Notes under the pieces: generated by a model
The model's database searches: none
What the model saw: only the letters and a program-made list of their open reading frames with translations
Told to the model about the DNA's origin: nothing
From: Eledone cirrhosa
Lineage: Eukaryota
DNA: 64,000 nucleotides
Direction: 5' to 3'
NCBI GenBank assembly: GCA_964016885.1
Contig: OZ024765.1
Coordinates: 5,022,001-5,086,000, forward strand
Program-made: the position numbers and the translations under genes
Part shown: piece after piece, positions 1-13,215 of the stretch
Position numbering within the stretch: position 1 is the stretch's first letter
How the letters are laid out: each line of letters starts with the position of its first letter

Positions 1-2
1 GA

Positions 3-45
3 ACGCTGTACTAGTTTCAAGCTTGTTAGCTATCGTCAGCAACGT
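3..45 (-). ncRNA. Minimal type I hammerhead ribozyme motif (array copy 1)
   Basis: Minus strand reads ACGUUG-CUGACGA-U-AGCU-aaca-AGCU-U-GAAA-CUAG-UA/CAGCGU. Stem I is 6 bp, stem II is 4 bp, and stem III is a mini palindrome (ACUAGU). Confidence 0.8.
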
Positions 46-424
46 ATACCTTCCTGCCAGATTGTTGAACGTATATACTTACCTTATGCATATTAACGGC
101 TGAGTAGCCCAATATGCATATCGAGTGGGTTAATCGGCCGGGTGCACCGAAAACGATAAACGGAAAAAATGAAACGATATTTCATTTCCCACTCTTAGTA
201 CGGCTGTTACTTAAATATAAGTATGTACACGTACATACATATATGTATACCGACGTACAGTAGTATGTATATATATATATACATACATGCACACATATAT
301 ATATGCACGTATGGATTCACCGAACATTTATTATAATGCTCGGTGTGTTTGTAAACAAACATCCCGTATTAAGCCGTAGTGTCTAGCAACCACCGTTGCT
401 CGTTTGTTCAACACTGACAAAGGA

Positions 425-467
425 ACGCTGTACTAGTTTCAAGCTTGTTAGCTATCGTCAGCAACGT
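425..467 (-). ncRNA. Minimal type I hammerhead ribozyme motif (array copy 2)
   Basis: Same sequence as copy 1, offset by 422. Confidence 0.8.
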
Positions 468-846
468 ATACCTTCCTGCCAGATTGTTGAACGTATATAC
501 TTACCTTATGCATATTAACGGCTGAGTAGCCCAATATGCATATCGAGTGGGTTAATCGGCCGGGTGCACCGAAAACGATAAACGGAAAAAATGAAACGAT
601 ATTTCATTTCCCACTCTTAGTACGGCTGTTACTTAAATATAAGTATGTACACGTACATACATATATGTATACCGACGTACAGTAGTATGTATATATATAT
701 ATACATACATGCACACATATATATATGCACGTATGGATTCACCGAACATTTATTATAATGCTCGGTGTGTTTGTAAACAAACATCCCGTATTAAGCCGTA
801 GTGTCTAGCAACCACCGTTGCTCGTTTGTTCAACACTGACAAAGGA

Positions 847-889
847 ACGCTGTACTAGTTTCAAGCTTGTTAGCTATCGTCAGCAACGT
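847..889 (-). ncRNA. Minimal type I hammerhead ribozyme motif (array copy 3)
   Basis: Same sequence as copy 1, offset by 844. Confidence 0.8.
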
Positions 890-1268
890 ATACCTTCCTG
901 CCAGATTGTTGAACGTATATACTTACCTTATGCATATTAACGGCTGAGTAGCCCAATATGCATATCGAGTGGGTTAATCGGCCGGGTGCACCGAAAACGA
1001 TAAACGGAAAAAATGAAACGATATTTCATTTCCCACTCTTAGTACGGCTGTTACTTAAATATAAGTATGTACACGTACATACATATATGTATACCGACGT
1101 ACAGTAGTATGTATATATATACATACATACATGCACACATATATATATGCACGTATGGATTCACCGAACATTTATTATAATGCTCGGTGTGTTTGTAAAC
1201 AAACATCCCGTATTAAGCCGTAGTGTCTAGCAACCACCGTTGCTCGTTTGTTCAACACTGACAAAGGA

Positions 1269-1311
1269 ACGCTGTACTAGTTTCAAGCTTGTTAGCTATC
1301 GTCAGCAACGT
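1269..1311 (-). ncRNA. Minimal type I hammerhead ribozyme motif (array copy 4)
   Basis: Same sequence as copy 1, offset by 1266. Confidence 0.8.
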
Positions 1312-1575
1312 ATACCTTCCTGCCAGATTGTTGAACGTATATACTTACCTTATGCATATTAACGGCTGAGTAGCCCAATATGCATATCGAGTGGGTTAAT
1401 CGGCCGGGTGCACCGAAAACGATAAACGGAAAAAATGAAACGATATTTCATTTCCCACTCTTAGTACGGCTGTTACTTAAATATAAGTATGTACACGTAC
1501 ATACATATATGTATACCGACGTACAGTAGTATGTATATATATATATACATACATGCACACATATATATATGCACG

Positions 1576-2700
<1,125 letters not shown>

Positions 2701-2846
2701 GCATATCTGTGTATATAGATGACAGCGTTGGTGGTAGTGATATTGGGGTTTATGTTGGTGGTAGTGATGATGTTGGACATATCTGTGTATATATACATAT
2801 ATATATATACATATATATATGTATATATATATGTATATATATATAT

Positions 2847-3178
2847 CATCATCATCATTTTACGTCCCCTTTTCCCTGCTTGCAAGGGTGGGACGGGAAC
2901 TGATTCTGGCTTGATTTCTACAGCTGGATGCCCTTCCTAACACCAACCTCATTTACAGTGAGTGCTGGGTGCTTTTTTGCTGTGGCACCTCCGCGTCCAC
3001 TTTGCAGTGGAATGATAGGGACCCCAGCCCCTATCATCTCATTTCTACAGCTGAGTAAACTGGAGCAATGTAAAATAAAGTGTCTTGCTCAAGGAAACAA
3101 CACATCACCCGGTCTGAGAATTGAACTCACAACCTTTTGATTGCAAGGCCAATGCTCCAACCATAAGCCATGTGCCTC
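2847..3178 (-). mobile_element. tRNA-derived SINE family B (Meta-like core CCTTGAGCAAGACACTT, RTE-type 3' tail ending in (TGA)n)
   Basis: The reverse complement matches 38131-38437. A box TGGCTTATGG, B box GAGTTCAATTC, tail GGACGTAAAATGATGATG. Confidence 0.85.
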
Positions 3179-3244
3179 TCTCTCTCGCTCTCTCTCTCTC
3201 GCTCTCTCTCTCTCTCTATGTATGTTTATGTATATTTGTATACG

Positions 3245-3275
<31 letters not shown>

Positions 3276-3514
3276 TTATGTATACGTATATATATATATG
3301 TATGTGTATATATATATATGTATGTGTATATATATATGTATGTTTATATATATATGTATGTTTATATATATATGTATGTTTATATATATATGTATGTGTA
3401 TATATATATGTATGTGTATATATATATGTATGTGTATATATATATGGATGTGTATATATATTTGTATACGTATATATGTATATATATATATATATGTATG
3501 TTTATCTATACGTA

Positions 3515-3553
<39 letters not shown>

Positions 3554-3563
3554 TTATCTATAC

Positions 3564-3611
<48 letters not shown>

Positions 3612-3861
3612 TTATCTATACGTATATATATATATATATGTTTATGTAGACGTATATATATTATATTCATACAGATATGTATGTGTATGTGTAGAAAATA
3701 GAAATACATATTTTTTTGTTTGTGTGCGGATGTGTGTAGGAAAAGGATTCCATTAGTAAAAATGGAAAAGGGTGTTACGTGTGTAGGGGGGGGGGGGGGG
3801 GGTAGCGTGTTAAGGTGTTAAAATATTGATGTATGTTAAAGTATATTTAGCTCTGGTCTTG

Positions 3862-3896
<35 letters not shown>

Positions 3897-3940
3897 GTAT
3901 GTCTGTCTAACATGTTATGGTGTTAACATATTAATGTATA

Positions 3941-4655
3941 TTAAACTATATTTAATGCTGGTCTACATTTTTGAATAAAGAAATGTTCCTTGTTTATTCG
4001 TAATTGGTCTGTTGTATTGTCAGTGCAAAGATAAAGTGGTAAGACTTGGAATTTGGGTCCCCTATCACTTGCGCATATGTCTAGATGTGGACTGAGTAGT
4101 ATCTGTCTTGTGGTAGGGTCTCGTAATTGATGGCGATGAATTGTCATCCTGTTTCTGAGTGTGTTTAGTTTGCCCTATATAATCTTCATTACATCCTTTA
4201 CATTTAATGGCATAAATTAAATGTTTGGATGAGCAAGTGAAGTGATTTTTTACAACAAAATGTTGTCCTGATTGAAATGTATACATTGTGCCTTCAATGA
4301 GGTGAGTGCAAGTTCCGCAATTAGTGGGACCACATTTTTTGACAGTTGGTTGTGGGTTTGTGGTGTGTAATTTGGCATTGGTGAGTGATGTTTTGATTAT
4401 TTTGTGTATTTCAATTGCTTTTTTTCATTCTTGGGTCTTGTTCCAATAGTGGGATGTTCTTGTGAATAATGTTGTAAGCTTCCGCATTTCTTGGGTTGCG
4501 TGTTGAGATATTTGATAGAATAGTGGACCTACCTTGAATTTGTTTCTGTTTTCGTAATTCATCAGTACCTGTTGCTTTAGCCCTTCCTATTCCATTATTT
4601 ATTAGTAAGGGTGGGTACTGTCTTTCGAGCAGAATTTCCTTTAATTCTTGAAGTC
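3941..4655 (-). pseudogene. Penelope-like retroelement fragment: RT C-terminal region plus GIY-YIG endonuclease (frameshifted)
   Basis: Translates to HFTCSSKHLIYAIKCKGCNEDYIGQT (GIY-YIG motif) and KEHFFIQKCRPALN (typical C-terminus). Upstream RLQELKEILLERQYPPLLI resembles the Penelope thumb region. Confidence 0.88.
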
Positions 4656-4678
4656 TTTTATATATATATATATATATA

Positions 4679-4880
4679 GGCGCGTGGATGAGTGGATTCG
4701 CAATCGTGAGTTTGTGAGTTCGATATCCGGACAGGTAGATGCGTTATGTCCTTGAGCAAGTCACTTTATTTCATGTGGTTCCTTCCACCTGGAGTTGCGA
4801 CCGATAGAGGGTATTAGCAAGTGGAAAGACCAACGGAAATATTTCCTCACTCCGATTTGACGAAAGTCGATCGAATATCG
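4679..4880 (+). mobile_element. Degenerate tRNA-derived SINE (family B-related, alternative 3' end)
   Basis: GGCGCGTGG...GTGAGTTCGAT head and CCTTGAGCAAGTCACTT core. The 3' part matches 7140-7225. Confidence 0.7.
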
Positions 4881-4919
4881 ATATATATATATATATATAT
4901 GTATGTATGGGTGTATCTG

Positions 4920-4950
<31 letters not shown>

Positions 4951-4957
4951 TATATAA

Positions 4958-5120
4958 TGTATTTCTGTAGAAAAGGTAAAGGAAAGAAGAGTGCCCTATG
5001 TGTAGTACAGAGCTATTTAATTATGTAATAAACAACACAATATATTTATTCAATTACCAAAGGTTTCAGGAAACTAGACGATCTTAACAGAAGCGCCCAG
5101 TACGCTCATCAGATGAAATA
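4958..5120 (-). mobile_element. Penelope-pLTR-like remnant with hammerhead motif (long stem II) and tail
   Basis: Minus strand: CUGAUGA...ACUGGGCG/CGUCUAGU...GAAACC-UUU-GGUA. The downstream ~110 nt align with 38851-38965 and 46660-46750. Flanked by (TA)n. Confidence 0.65.
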
Positions 5121-5440
5121 TATATATATATATATAGTGAAAGAGTGAAGAATAACATGGTAGGCTGTACAGTGTTAACAATTGTTTCATTGATCAGGGG
5201 AGTCTAAAGGCCGCTGATCCCTCGAAGTTGCGTCACTCGACCTTAAATACAGTGTATATAATAGAAAAAAAAAACGAGGAGATTTCGTTTACACATCTGA
5301 CTTTCTCAGATGCTTACGCAATCATTTGTGCAGTTATGCAATCACTGTGATACGCACGTCTGTCCAGTAGTGAAGTGGGTCGGCATATATATAATGCAAT
5401 AAACGATTATGGTGATTTAATCCCGTCTTAAGTACCATTA

Positions 5441-5702
5441 ATTGTTTCTACTTTTGGCACAAGGCCAGCAATTACCCAGTGTATTACTGGTACTTTATTT
5501 TATCGACCCCCGTAAGGATGAAAGGCAAAGTTAACCTCGGCGGGATTTGAACTCAGACCACCTTACGGTCCTTTATGGTCTGAGTTCAAATCCAGCCGAG
5601 GTTAGCCTTGCCTTTCTTTCATCCTTACAGGGGTCGATAAAATAAAGTACCAGTAATACACTGGGGTAGTTGCTGGCCTTGTGCCTAAAGTAGAAACAAT
5701 TA
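5441..5702. mobile_element. Two 5'-truncated family A SINEs (Deu/Nin-like core) in divergent orientation, forming an inverted repeat
   Basis: GCCTTTCATCCTTACGGGGTCGATAAAATAAAGTACCAG is present on both strands around 5560. Confidence 0.85.
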
Positions 5703-5871
5703 TTAGGAAACTGAATAGCCCGTCTCTATTTATCAGCTACCTGAGATAAACTACTATACTCCCCATGGTGTTCTTCTCTAATTCCTGACTGATCTCCTGT
5801 GGGGGATGCTTTTACTACGATATTTATGTCATCTACATAGTGGGAGTACATAGTCAGGGTTATGGTGGTGG

Positions 5872-6243
5872 TGGGGGGCTTTCAATGCGAAATGCAGGAA
5901 AAACAAGGACTTTAACATCTAAACTACTTTGTATTTCCTTATTCTAAAAATACTCCGCCATTCCTGTGTGGAAAAATGTAAGTTGAGTTCTCGAATTACA
6001 TCAATGTTTACCGTATGAATTTGCTTCTAATAAGTTGAGCTCTTAATAGTGGAACCAATATATAAGAAGAAATGGAGGCACCAGCTACCAGATACTCCTG
6101 AGAATTCCCTCCTGTGGAACTAATTGAACCCCTATCACTGTAAAATTTTGAACAAACTTTCGACTGGATAAATAAGCGGAGCTAAAAGCAACAAAAAATC
6201 CTTGTTTTTCCTGCATTGAGGCCTTGAAACGCCCCCCCCCCCT
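5872..6243. mobile_element. Putative MITE with imperfect terminal inverted repeats
   Basis: GGGGGGCTTTCAA..AATGCAGGAAAAACAAGGA pairs with TCCTTGTTTTTCCTGCATT..TTGAAACGCCCCCC. Confidence 0.5.
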
Positions 6244-6487
6244 AACTTAATCCGATAAACATCGGACAATGGATTTTATATGCACACTACAAAGACTAAG
6301 TTGACTAATTTCTCCCAGTTGTGTGTGTATGTGATAGAATTCACTGTATTAACCTTTTCTATCTCGACATGTATATATGTATAATAGCCTTGATTCTTAC
6401 ATATTTTCTTTACTTCTTTTTATCTCACAATACGTATATTTAAACTAGTATTATTTATCTCTCTCTCTAATAAAGAAGACATTATTT

Positions 6488-6489
<2 letters not shown>

Positions 6490-6521
<32 letters not shown>

Positions 6522-6675
6522 CTATATCTATATATATATATCTATATCTATATATATATATCTATATATATATATCTATATCTATATATATATATCTATA
6601 TATATATATATATATCTATATATATATATATATATCTATATATATATCTATATATCTATATATATATCTATATAT

Positions 6676-6706
<31 letters not shown>

Positions 6707-7435
6707 TCTATATATATATCTATATATATATCTATATATATATCTATATATATATATATATATCTATATATATATCTATATATCTATATATAGATATATA
6801 TATCTATATATATATATATATCTATATATATCTATATATATATATATATCTATATATATTTATATATATATATATTATATATATATATTTTATATATATA
6901 TTTATTTATATATATATATTTATATATATATTTATATATATATTTATTTATATATATATATTATATATATATTTATTTATATATATATATATTTATATAT
7001 ATATAAAATATATATATTTATATATATATAAAATATATATATTTATATATATATATATATATTTATGTGGAGGCGCGTGGCTGAGTGGTAAGAGAATTGA
7101 ACTCTCAATCGTGAGGTAGTGAATTTGATTCCTGGACCGTTGCGACCGACAGATAGTATTAGCAATTTGAAAGACCAATGGAAACAATGTTTCCTCGGTC
7201 CGATTTGACGAAAGTCAATCGACTGTCAATATATATATTTATATATATATATTTATATATATATTTATTTATATATATATATTTATATATATACTTATTT
7301 ATATATATATATTTATATATATATTTATTTATATATATATATTTATATATATATATATTTATATATATATATATTTATATATATATATATTTATATATAT
7401 ATATATTTATATATATATATATTTATATATATATA

Positions 7436-7478
<43 letters not shown>

Positions 7479-7495
7479 TTATATATATATATATT

Positions 7496-7557
<62 letters not shown>

Positions 7558-7575
7558 TATATTTATATATATATA

Positions 7576-7622
<47 letters not shown>

Positions 7623-8520
7623 TTATATATATATTTATATATATATATATTTATTTATATATATATTTATTTATATATATATTTATTTATATATATATTT
7701 ATTTATATATATATATATTTATATATATTTATATATATATATATTTATATATATTTATTTATATATATATTTATTTATATATATATATATTTATATATAT
7801 ATATATTTATATATATTTATATATATATATATTTATATATATATATATAGATATATTTATATATATATATATAGATATATTTATAGATATATTTATATAT
7901 ATTTATATTTATATATATATTTATATATATTTATATTTATATATATATATTTATATATATTTATATTTATATATATATATATATTTATTTATATATATAT
8001 ATTTATTTATATATATATTTATTTATATATATTTATATTTATATATATATATATATTTATTTATATATATATATTTATTTATATATATATTTATTTATAT
8101 ATATATATATTTATATATATATATATTTATATATATATTTATTTATATATATATTTATTTATATATATATTTATATATATATTTATATATATATATATTT
8201 ATATATATATTTATATATATATATATTTATATAGATATTTATTTATATAGATATTTATTTATATAGATATTTATTTATATAGATATTTATTTATATAGAT
8301 ATTTATTTTTATATAGATATTTATTTATATAGATATTTATTTATATAGATATTTATTTTTATATAGATATTTATTTATATAGATATTTATTTTTATATAG
8401 ATATTTATTTATATATATATTTATTTATTTATATATATATATATTTATATATATATATATTTATTTATATATATATATATATATTTATTTATATATATAT
8501 TTATTTATATATATATATAA
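6490..8520. repeat. AT-rich microsatellite tracts, interrupted by a SINE at about 7068-7228
   Basis: Directly visible. The SINE head GGAGGCGCGTGGCTGAGTGGTAAG starts at 7069. Confidence 0.93.
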
Positions 8521-8820
8521 CGAAGTAGTTGTGGTCAGGAATTATTTTATCATTTGTTCAATATTCTTCATTGTTAATTTCATGTGATAGACGATATTAA
8601 CTTGTTTGTTTATTTAAATTTTCACGCCCCACACTTTAGGCTATTTTCTTTATTACTTAAAACAGGATTTTAACTTTTATTTTTTTATTTTAATATCTAT
8701 TTTTAATTCGTATTGCAAACTTTAATTTCCATTGATGAAACACAGTATCTAGAGCAGGGAGTAACTCCATTGCGGGGGATGGTCAATTCTATTGTCTAAG
8801 CATTATTTTAACTGTAGAAG

Positions 8821-8980
8821 GGTTGTGGATTGGCAGAATCGGTAGAGGGTCGGACGCCTTGCTTTGACGCATAGAGTTACGTCCCTTTACGATCTGAGTT
8901 CAAATCCCGCCGAGGTTGACTTTGCCTTTCATCCTTACGGGGTCGATAAAATAAAGTACCAGTAATGCACTGGGTAATTG
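8821..8980 (+). mobile_element. tRNA-derived SINE family A (Deu/Nin-like core)
   Basis: A box TGGCAGAATCGG, B box GAGTTCAAATCC, core GCCTTTCATCCTTACGGGGTCGATAAAA. About 15 copies are present in the window. Confidence 0.88.
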
Positions 8981-9098
8981 TAATAGCGTTAATAATGTTA
9001 ATTTACCTTAATTTTATTTTTCCTGGATATTCATGTTAAATTTAGGGTGCGTCCTATAATCCGGTGAGTCTTATATTCCGAAAAAATCCAATATATAT

Positions 9099-9265
9099 AT
9101 AGGAAAATGTTTAACCCTGACGGCAGAGCTCAAGCTGTTTCAACGAAACGGCTTGAGCTCTGCCGTCGGGGTTAAACATTTTCCTATCACCCACTCTACT
9201 ACCCTAAGTATTGAGTACTCTGGTGCGTTATGGTCCATCTGGTTCCTTACCACACTTCCTTCGTT
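9099..9265 (+). mobile_element. Fold-back palindrome (9099-9187) plus tail, between (TA)n tracts
   Basis: Near-perfect arms of about 43 bp centred on GTTTC-AAC-GAAAC. The tail has GAGTACTC at 9213 and matches 54013-54100 on the reverse strand. Confidence 0.75.
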
Positions 9266-9280
9266 ATATATATATATATA

Positions 9281-9482
9281 AAGTAGTAACACAACAGTTA
9301 GTTCACCATACTGAGAACAAATGTTTCACCTTATGCGGAACTTCAGCTCGGACTGAGTCCGCTAAGGTGAAATATTTGTTCTCGGTATGGTGAACTAACT
9401 GTAGTGTAACCACTTCTACCTAACTCGTCCCATAGACTGAGTGCTCTACTACTACCGATATAACCCTCCAGTGTTCTATCTT
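9281..9482 (+). mobile_element. Fold-back palindrome (9281-9415) with degenerate hammerhead core plus tail
   Basis: Arms of about 60 bp. The minus strand reads CCGAG-CUGAAGU-..CC/GG..-GAAACAUUUGUU-CUCAG. The tail has GAGTGCTC at 9439. Confidence 0.7.
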
Positions 9483-9617
9483 AATATATATATAATAAAT
9501 GTAATCTGAGTTTTTCGAATATTAATAATAACATCCGATTCGTTTGCAATTTTGCAAACAAGCCTCAATTTTATAGCCATGTCAGTAGCATTCTTGCTCT
9601 TGTGTTGGCATACGAAC

Positions 9618-9669
9618 AGAACTGCAGACACTAATGTTTCTGGGTATCACCCTTCATCAGTACAGCTCA
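9618..9669 (-). ncRNA. Type I hammerhead ribozyme motif, complete
   Basis: GAGCUGUA-CUGAUGA-A-GGG-ugaua-CCC-A-GAAA-CA-uuag-UG-UC/UGCAGUUC. Stem I extends further through GAACAG/CUGUUC and UUGGCA/UGCCAA. Confidence 0.85.
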
Positions 9670-9771
9670 CTGTTCACCTGCCAAACTGTCAGGGCTATAT
9701 ATATATATATATATATTCTCTTTTACCTGTTTCAGCCATCCGGCTGAGGCCATGTATATATATTCATTTCA

Positions 9772-10041
9772 TTTTTACGTCCGCTTTTCCCTGCTTGCAA
9801 GGGTGGGACGGGAACTGATTCTGGCTTGATTTCTACAGCTGGATGCCCTTCCTAACACCAACCTCATTTACAGTGAGTGCTGGGTGTTTTTTTCCGTGGC
9901 ACCTACACGTCCACTTTACAGTGTGGGCTGGGTACTTTTTTTTTGGCCGTGGCACCTCCACGACCACTTTGCAGTGGAATGATATGGACCCCAGTCCCTA
10001 TCATCTCATTTCTACAGCTGAGTAAACTGGAGCAATGTGAA
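9772..10041 (-). mobile_element. SINE family B, 5'-truncated, with an internal duplication
   Basis: Nearly identical to 2860-3070. Confidence 0.85.
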
Positions 10042-10054
10042 ATATATATATATA

Positions 10055-10300
10055 AGAACAGATTAAAGTTTAAGAAAAGAATCGCTGCTTTCATAGTCCG
10101 GACGAGACGGCTGACCTCTTCCCATTTCAACAGTAGTTCCAGAGTCTGGAACAAGCTGTGTGTGTGTAGACAGAGAGGTGTATGTATGATTGAGCTTTCA
10201 TATAGAAGAGTGGAAGAGAGAATATTACTGGGTGGTGGGGGATTGTACAGTGAGGAAGACTGTAGAACTGGGTATATTACTGGGGTAGTTTACTGTGAGG
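10055..10300 (-). mobile_element. Possible Penelope-like 3' remnant
   Basis: 10057-10093 matches the arm of the 46490 palindrome. The minus strand translates TLLYESSII, weakly like a GIY-YIG C-terminus. Confidence 0.4.
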
Positions 10301-10587
10301 GTGAGCTGGTGGTGGTGGAGATGGGGTATTCTTATTGTGGTGGTGGAGGTCGGAGTATGAGGGTGGAGGTTGGGATGTGAGGGTGGTGGTGAGGGTTTGA
10401 TGTTAGAGGTGAGGGTGGAGGTGTATGGGTGGGGGTAGGGCGTGAGGGTGCTGGTGGGGGTGGAAACAGCCGGGTAGTTGTAAACTTCTGATGGAATATA
10501 ATTCGGAACATGTGTTTATGATTGCGTACTAAAGAGACGGTTGCGCTCCACTGACATTTCATGAAAGAACCAGCTTCTGTAGTGGTA

Positions 10588-11820
10588 CATACACATACAT
10601 ACATACACACACATACATAGACACATACATACACACATACATACACACACACACATATACACACACTTACACACACATACATACACAGACACACATACAT
10701 ACACAGATACACATACATACATACACATACATACATACACATACAGACACACACACATACACACACACACATACACATACACACACATACATACACATAC
10801 ACACACACACATACATACATACACAGACACATACATAGACATACATACATACATACATACACACATACACATACATACACAGATACACATACATACACAC
10901 ACGCACATACATACACACAGACACACACAACATACAGATACACACACATACACAGACACAGGTGATCACATACACATACACACATACATATATATATGTA
11001 TGTGTGTATGTATGTATATATGCATGTAAGTGTGTGTATGTATGTAAGTGTGTATGTATGTATGTGTGTATGTGTGTATGTATGTATGTGTGTATGTATG
11101 TATGTGTATGTATGTATGTGTGTATGTATGTATGTGTGTATGTATGTATGTAAGTGTATGTATGTAAGTGTATGTATGTAAGTGTATGTATGTAAGTGTA
11201 TGTGTGTAAGTGTATGTGTGTAAGTGTATGTGTGTAAGTGTATGTGTGTAAGTGTATGTGTGTAAGTGTGTATGTGTGTAAGTGTATGTGTGTAAGTGTA
11301 TGTGTGTAAGTGTATGTATGTGTGTAAGCGTATGTGTGTAAGCGTATGTGTGTAAGCGTATGTGTGTAAGCGTATGTGTGTAAGTGTAAGTGTGTGTGTG
11401 TAAGTGTGTGTGTGTAAGTGTGTGTGTGTGTGTGTGTGTGTAAGTGTGTGTGTGTAAGTGTGTGTGTGTAAGTGTGTGTGTGTAAGTGTGTGTGTGTAAG
11501 TGTGTGTGTGTAAGTGTGTGTGTGTAAGTGTGTGTGTGTAAGTGTGTGTGTGTAAGTGTGTGTGTGTAAGTGTGTGTGTAAGTGTGTGTGTGTAAGTGTG
11601 TGTGTGTAAGTGTGTGTGTGTAAGTGTGTGTGTGTAAGTGTGTGTGTGTAAGTGTGTGTGTGTAAGTGTGTGTGTGTGTGTAAGTGTGTGTGTGTGTGTA
11701 AGTGTGTGTGTGTGTGTAAGTGTGTGTGTGTGTGTAAGTGTGTGTAAGTGTGTGTGTGTGTAAGTGTGTGTGTGTGTAAGTGTGTGTGTGTGTGTAAGTG
11801 TGTGTATGTATGTATGTATG
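10588..11820. repeat. (CA/CATA)n followed by (TG)nTAAG compound microsatellite
   Basis: Directly visible. Confidence 0.95.
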
Positions 11821-12038
11821 CTTCTCTTTCTCTTAATTTCGAGTACATTTTTGACCGGCCACCTCCCTGGTGGCAAGGTTGTAAAAGACAAGAAATTGTC
11901 ATCCCTCGAATCGCAAGAATGTTTTGCTAATTTTGAATGTTTTGATATGTTGGCCACGTTGTTATTGTATGTGTGGATGGGTATATTTTGAGTTGTATGT
12001 GTGTATATGCATATGTTTTGTATCTGTACATGTAGTTA

Positions 12039-12400
12039 TTAAATGCAGAATTTTTGGAATGTTTTACATAGTTTTACAGTTCCATTAATGGATTGTATTT
12101 GTAATTTCCTAACTAGTTGTGTTCTTTCTGTTCCTGTGAAGCCCAGCTTCTCAAGATTTGTATTGAGGCAGTTACTAACATACCCCAGTGTCCCAATAAT
12201 CACAGGTATGAATCTGAAGGTATAGTCAGGATGGAGTATTCTCCTTTTCACTAATCTTTGATATTATATTGACATCTGCTGGTCAGCTGACCTCCACTAC
12301 TGTGCATTACTTCTTTTCCCTGTCCCATATCATAATATCTGGTCTGTTATGCCTGCATTTTATTGGGGTTTTTACTGGAACATTCCACCAGTACTCTTTC
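12039..12400 (-). pseudogene. R4/Dong-like (RLE) non-LTR retrotransposon 3' fragment
   Basis: Translates to YWWNVPVKTPIKCRHNRPDIMIWDREKK and FIPVIIGTLG..LEKLG..KLQIQSINGTVKLCKTF. Confidence 0.8.
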
Positions 12401-12506
12401 ATATTATATATGTGAAGACACGTGGCCTTGTGGTTAGAGTTGGACTTATGGTCATACAGTGTTATATATAGACTGCAAGTGTGATTATTGTTATACACTG
12501 GAAAAG

Positions 12507-12640
12507 TAGCAAATGACTTCAAAAGGACTAGAAACGTTTCATTCGCACCAGGATGATTACTTACAAATGAAACAGTTTTAGTCCTGTAGAAGTCATTTCT
12601 ATAATAAAATAAATATTTCTATACTCTACTAACGTATTAT
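12507..12640 (+). mobile_element. Degenerate fold-back element, same family as 38990 and 58150
   Basis: AAATGACTTC..AGGACTAGAA..GTTTCAT pairs with ATGAAACAGTTTTAGTCCTGTAGAAGTCATTT. Confidence 0.65.
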
Positions 12641-12660
12641 TTTTATTTATCATCACATTT

Positions 12661-13110
12661 TTATTTTATCATCACATGTCTATACCAACAGAATCTCCTC
12701 TCCAGAACACAACATTTGATACCTCTTATGCTTAGTCTCTCTCTCAATTCGTTTATGCTTTGCCTTTCGCGTATATTACTACTACACATCCATCGGAGCA
12801 TGCAAGCTTCGTTTCTTTCTAATCTACGCAGGTCTTCAGCACCCAATGCCCAGGTCTCACTACCATGTAATATCGCCGTTCGTATACAAGCATCATACAA
12901 TCTGCCTTTCATTTTTAGAGAGAAACCTTTTGTTGCCAACAGTGGTATTAGCTCTGAACTTTTTCCATCCCATTCTAACTCTAGCTACTACACTTCTAGA
13001 ACGCCCTCCACCACTGCTGATTTTGTCACCCAGGTAACGGAAGGTGTCTACTATTTCTATAGAACCATCTGGGCAGTTGGAGATATCATCCAGTGGGTCC
13101 TTGCTACTTA
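12661..13110 (-). pseudogene. RTE-clade LINE reverse transcriptase fragment
   Basis: Translates to EIVDTFRYLGDKIS and KGRLYDACIRTAILHGSETW..LERNEACMLRWMC..RRFCWYRHV. Confidence 0.88.
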
Positions 13111-13215
13111 CTGCACCTTCGTGTATAAATAAATATTTGCGTTTGTATGTGAATATATGCAAATATATATGTGAATACATATGTATGTATATGTATGTAT
13201 ATATATATGTATATA

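Larger units (their letters stand above)
1..1575 (-). repeat. 422-bp tandem array (about 3.7 copies visible, cut by the window start), one hammerhead motif per unit; retrozyme/Penelope pLTR-like
   Basis: GAACGCTGTACTAGTTTC recurs at 1, 423, 845 and 1267 (period 422). Copies are nearly identical. The array ends in a (TA)n(TG)n tract. Confidence 0.95.

Noticed and set aside
8821-8980. A/B-box sequences as tRNA genes
   Set aside because: No cloverleaf; they continue into multi-copy SINE cores.
11818-11960. HSKLAKH..REREAYI as another GIY-YIG C-terminus
   Set aside because: Too short and frameshifted to support by eye.
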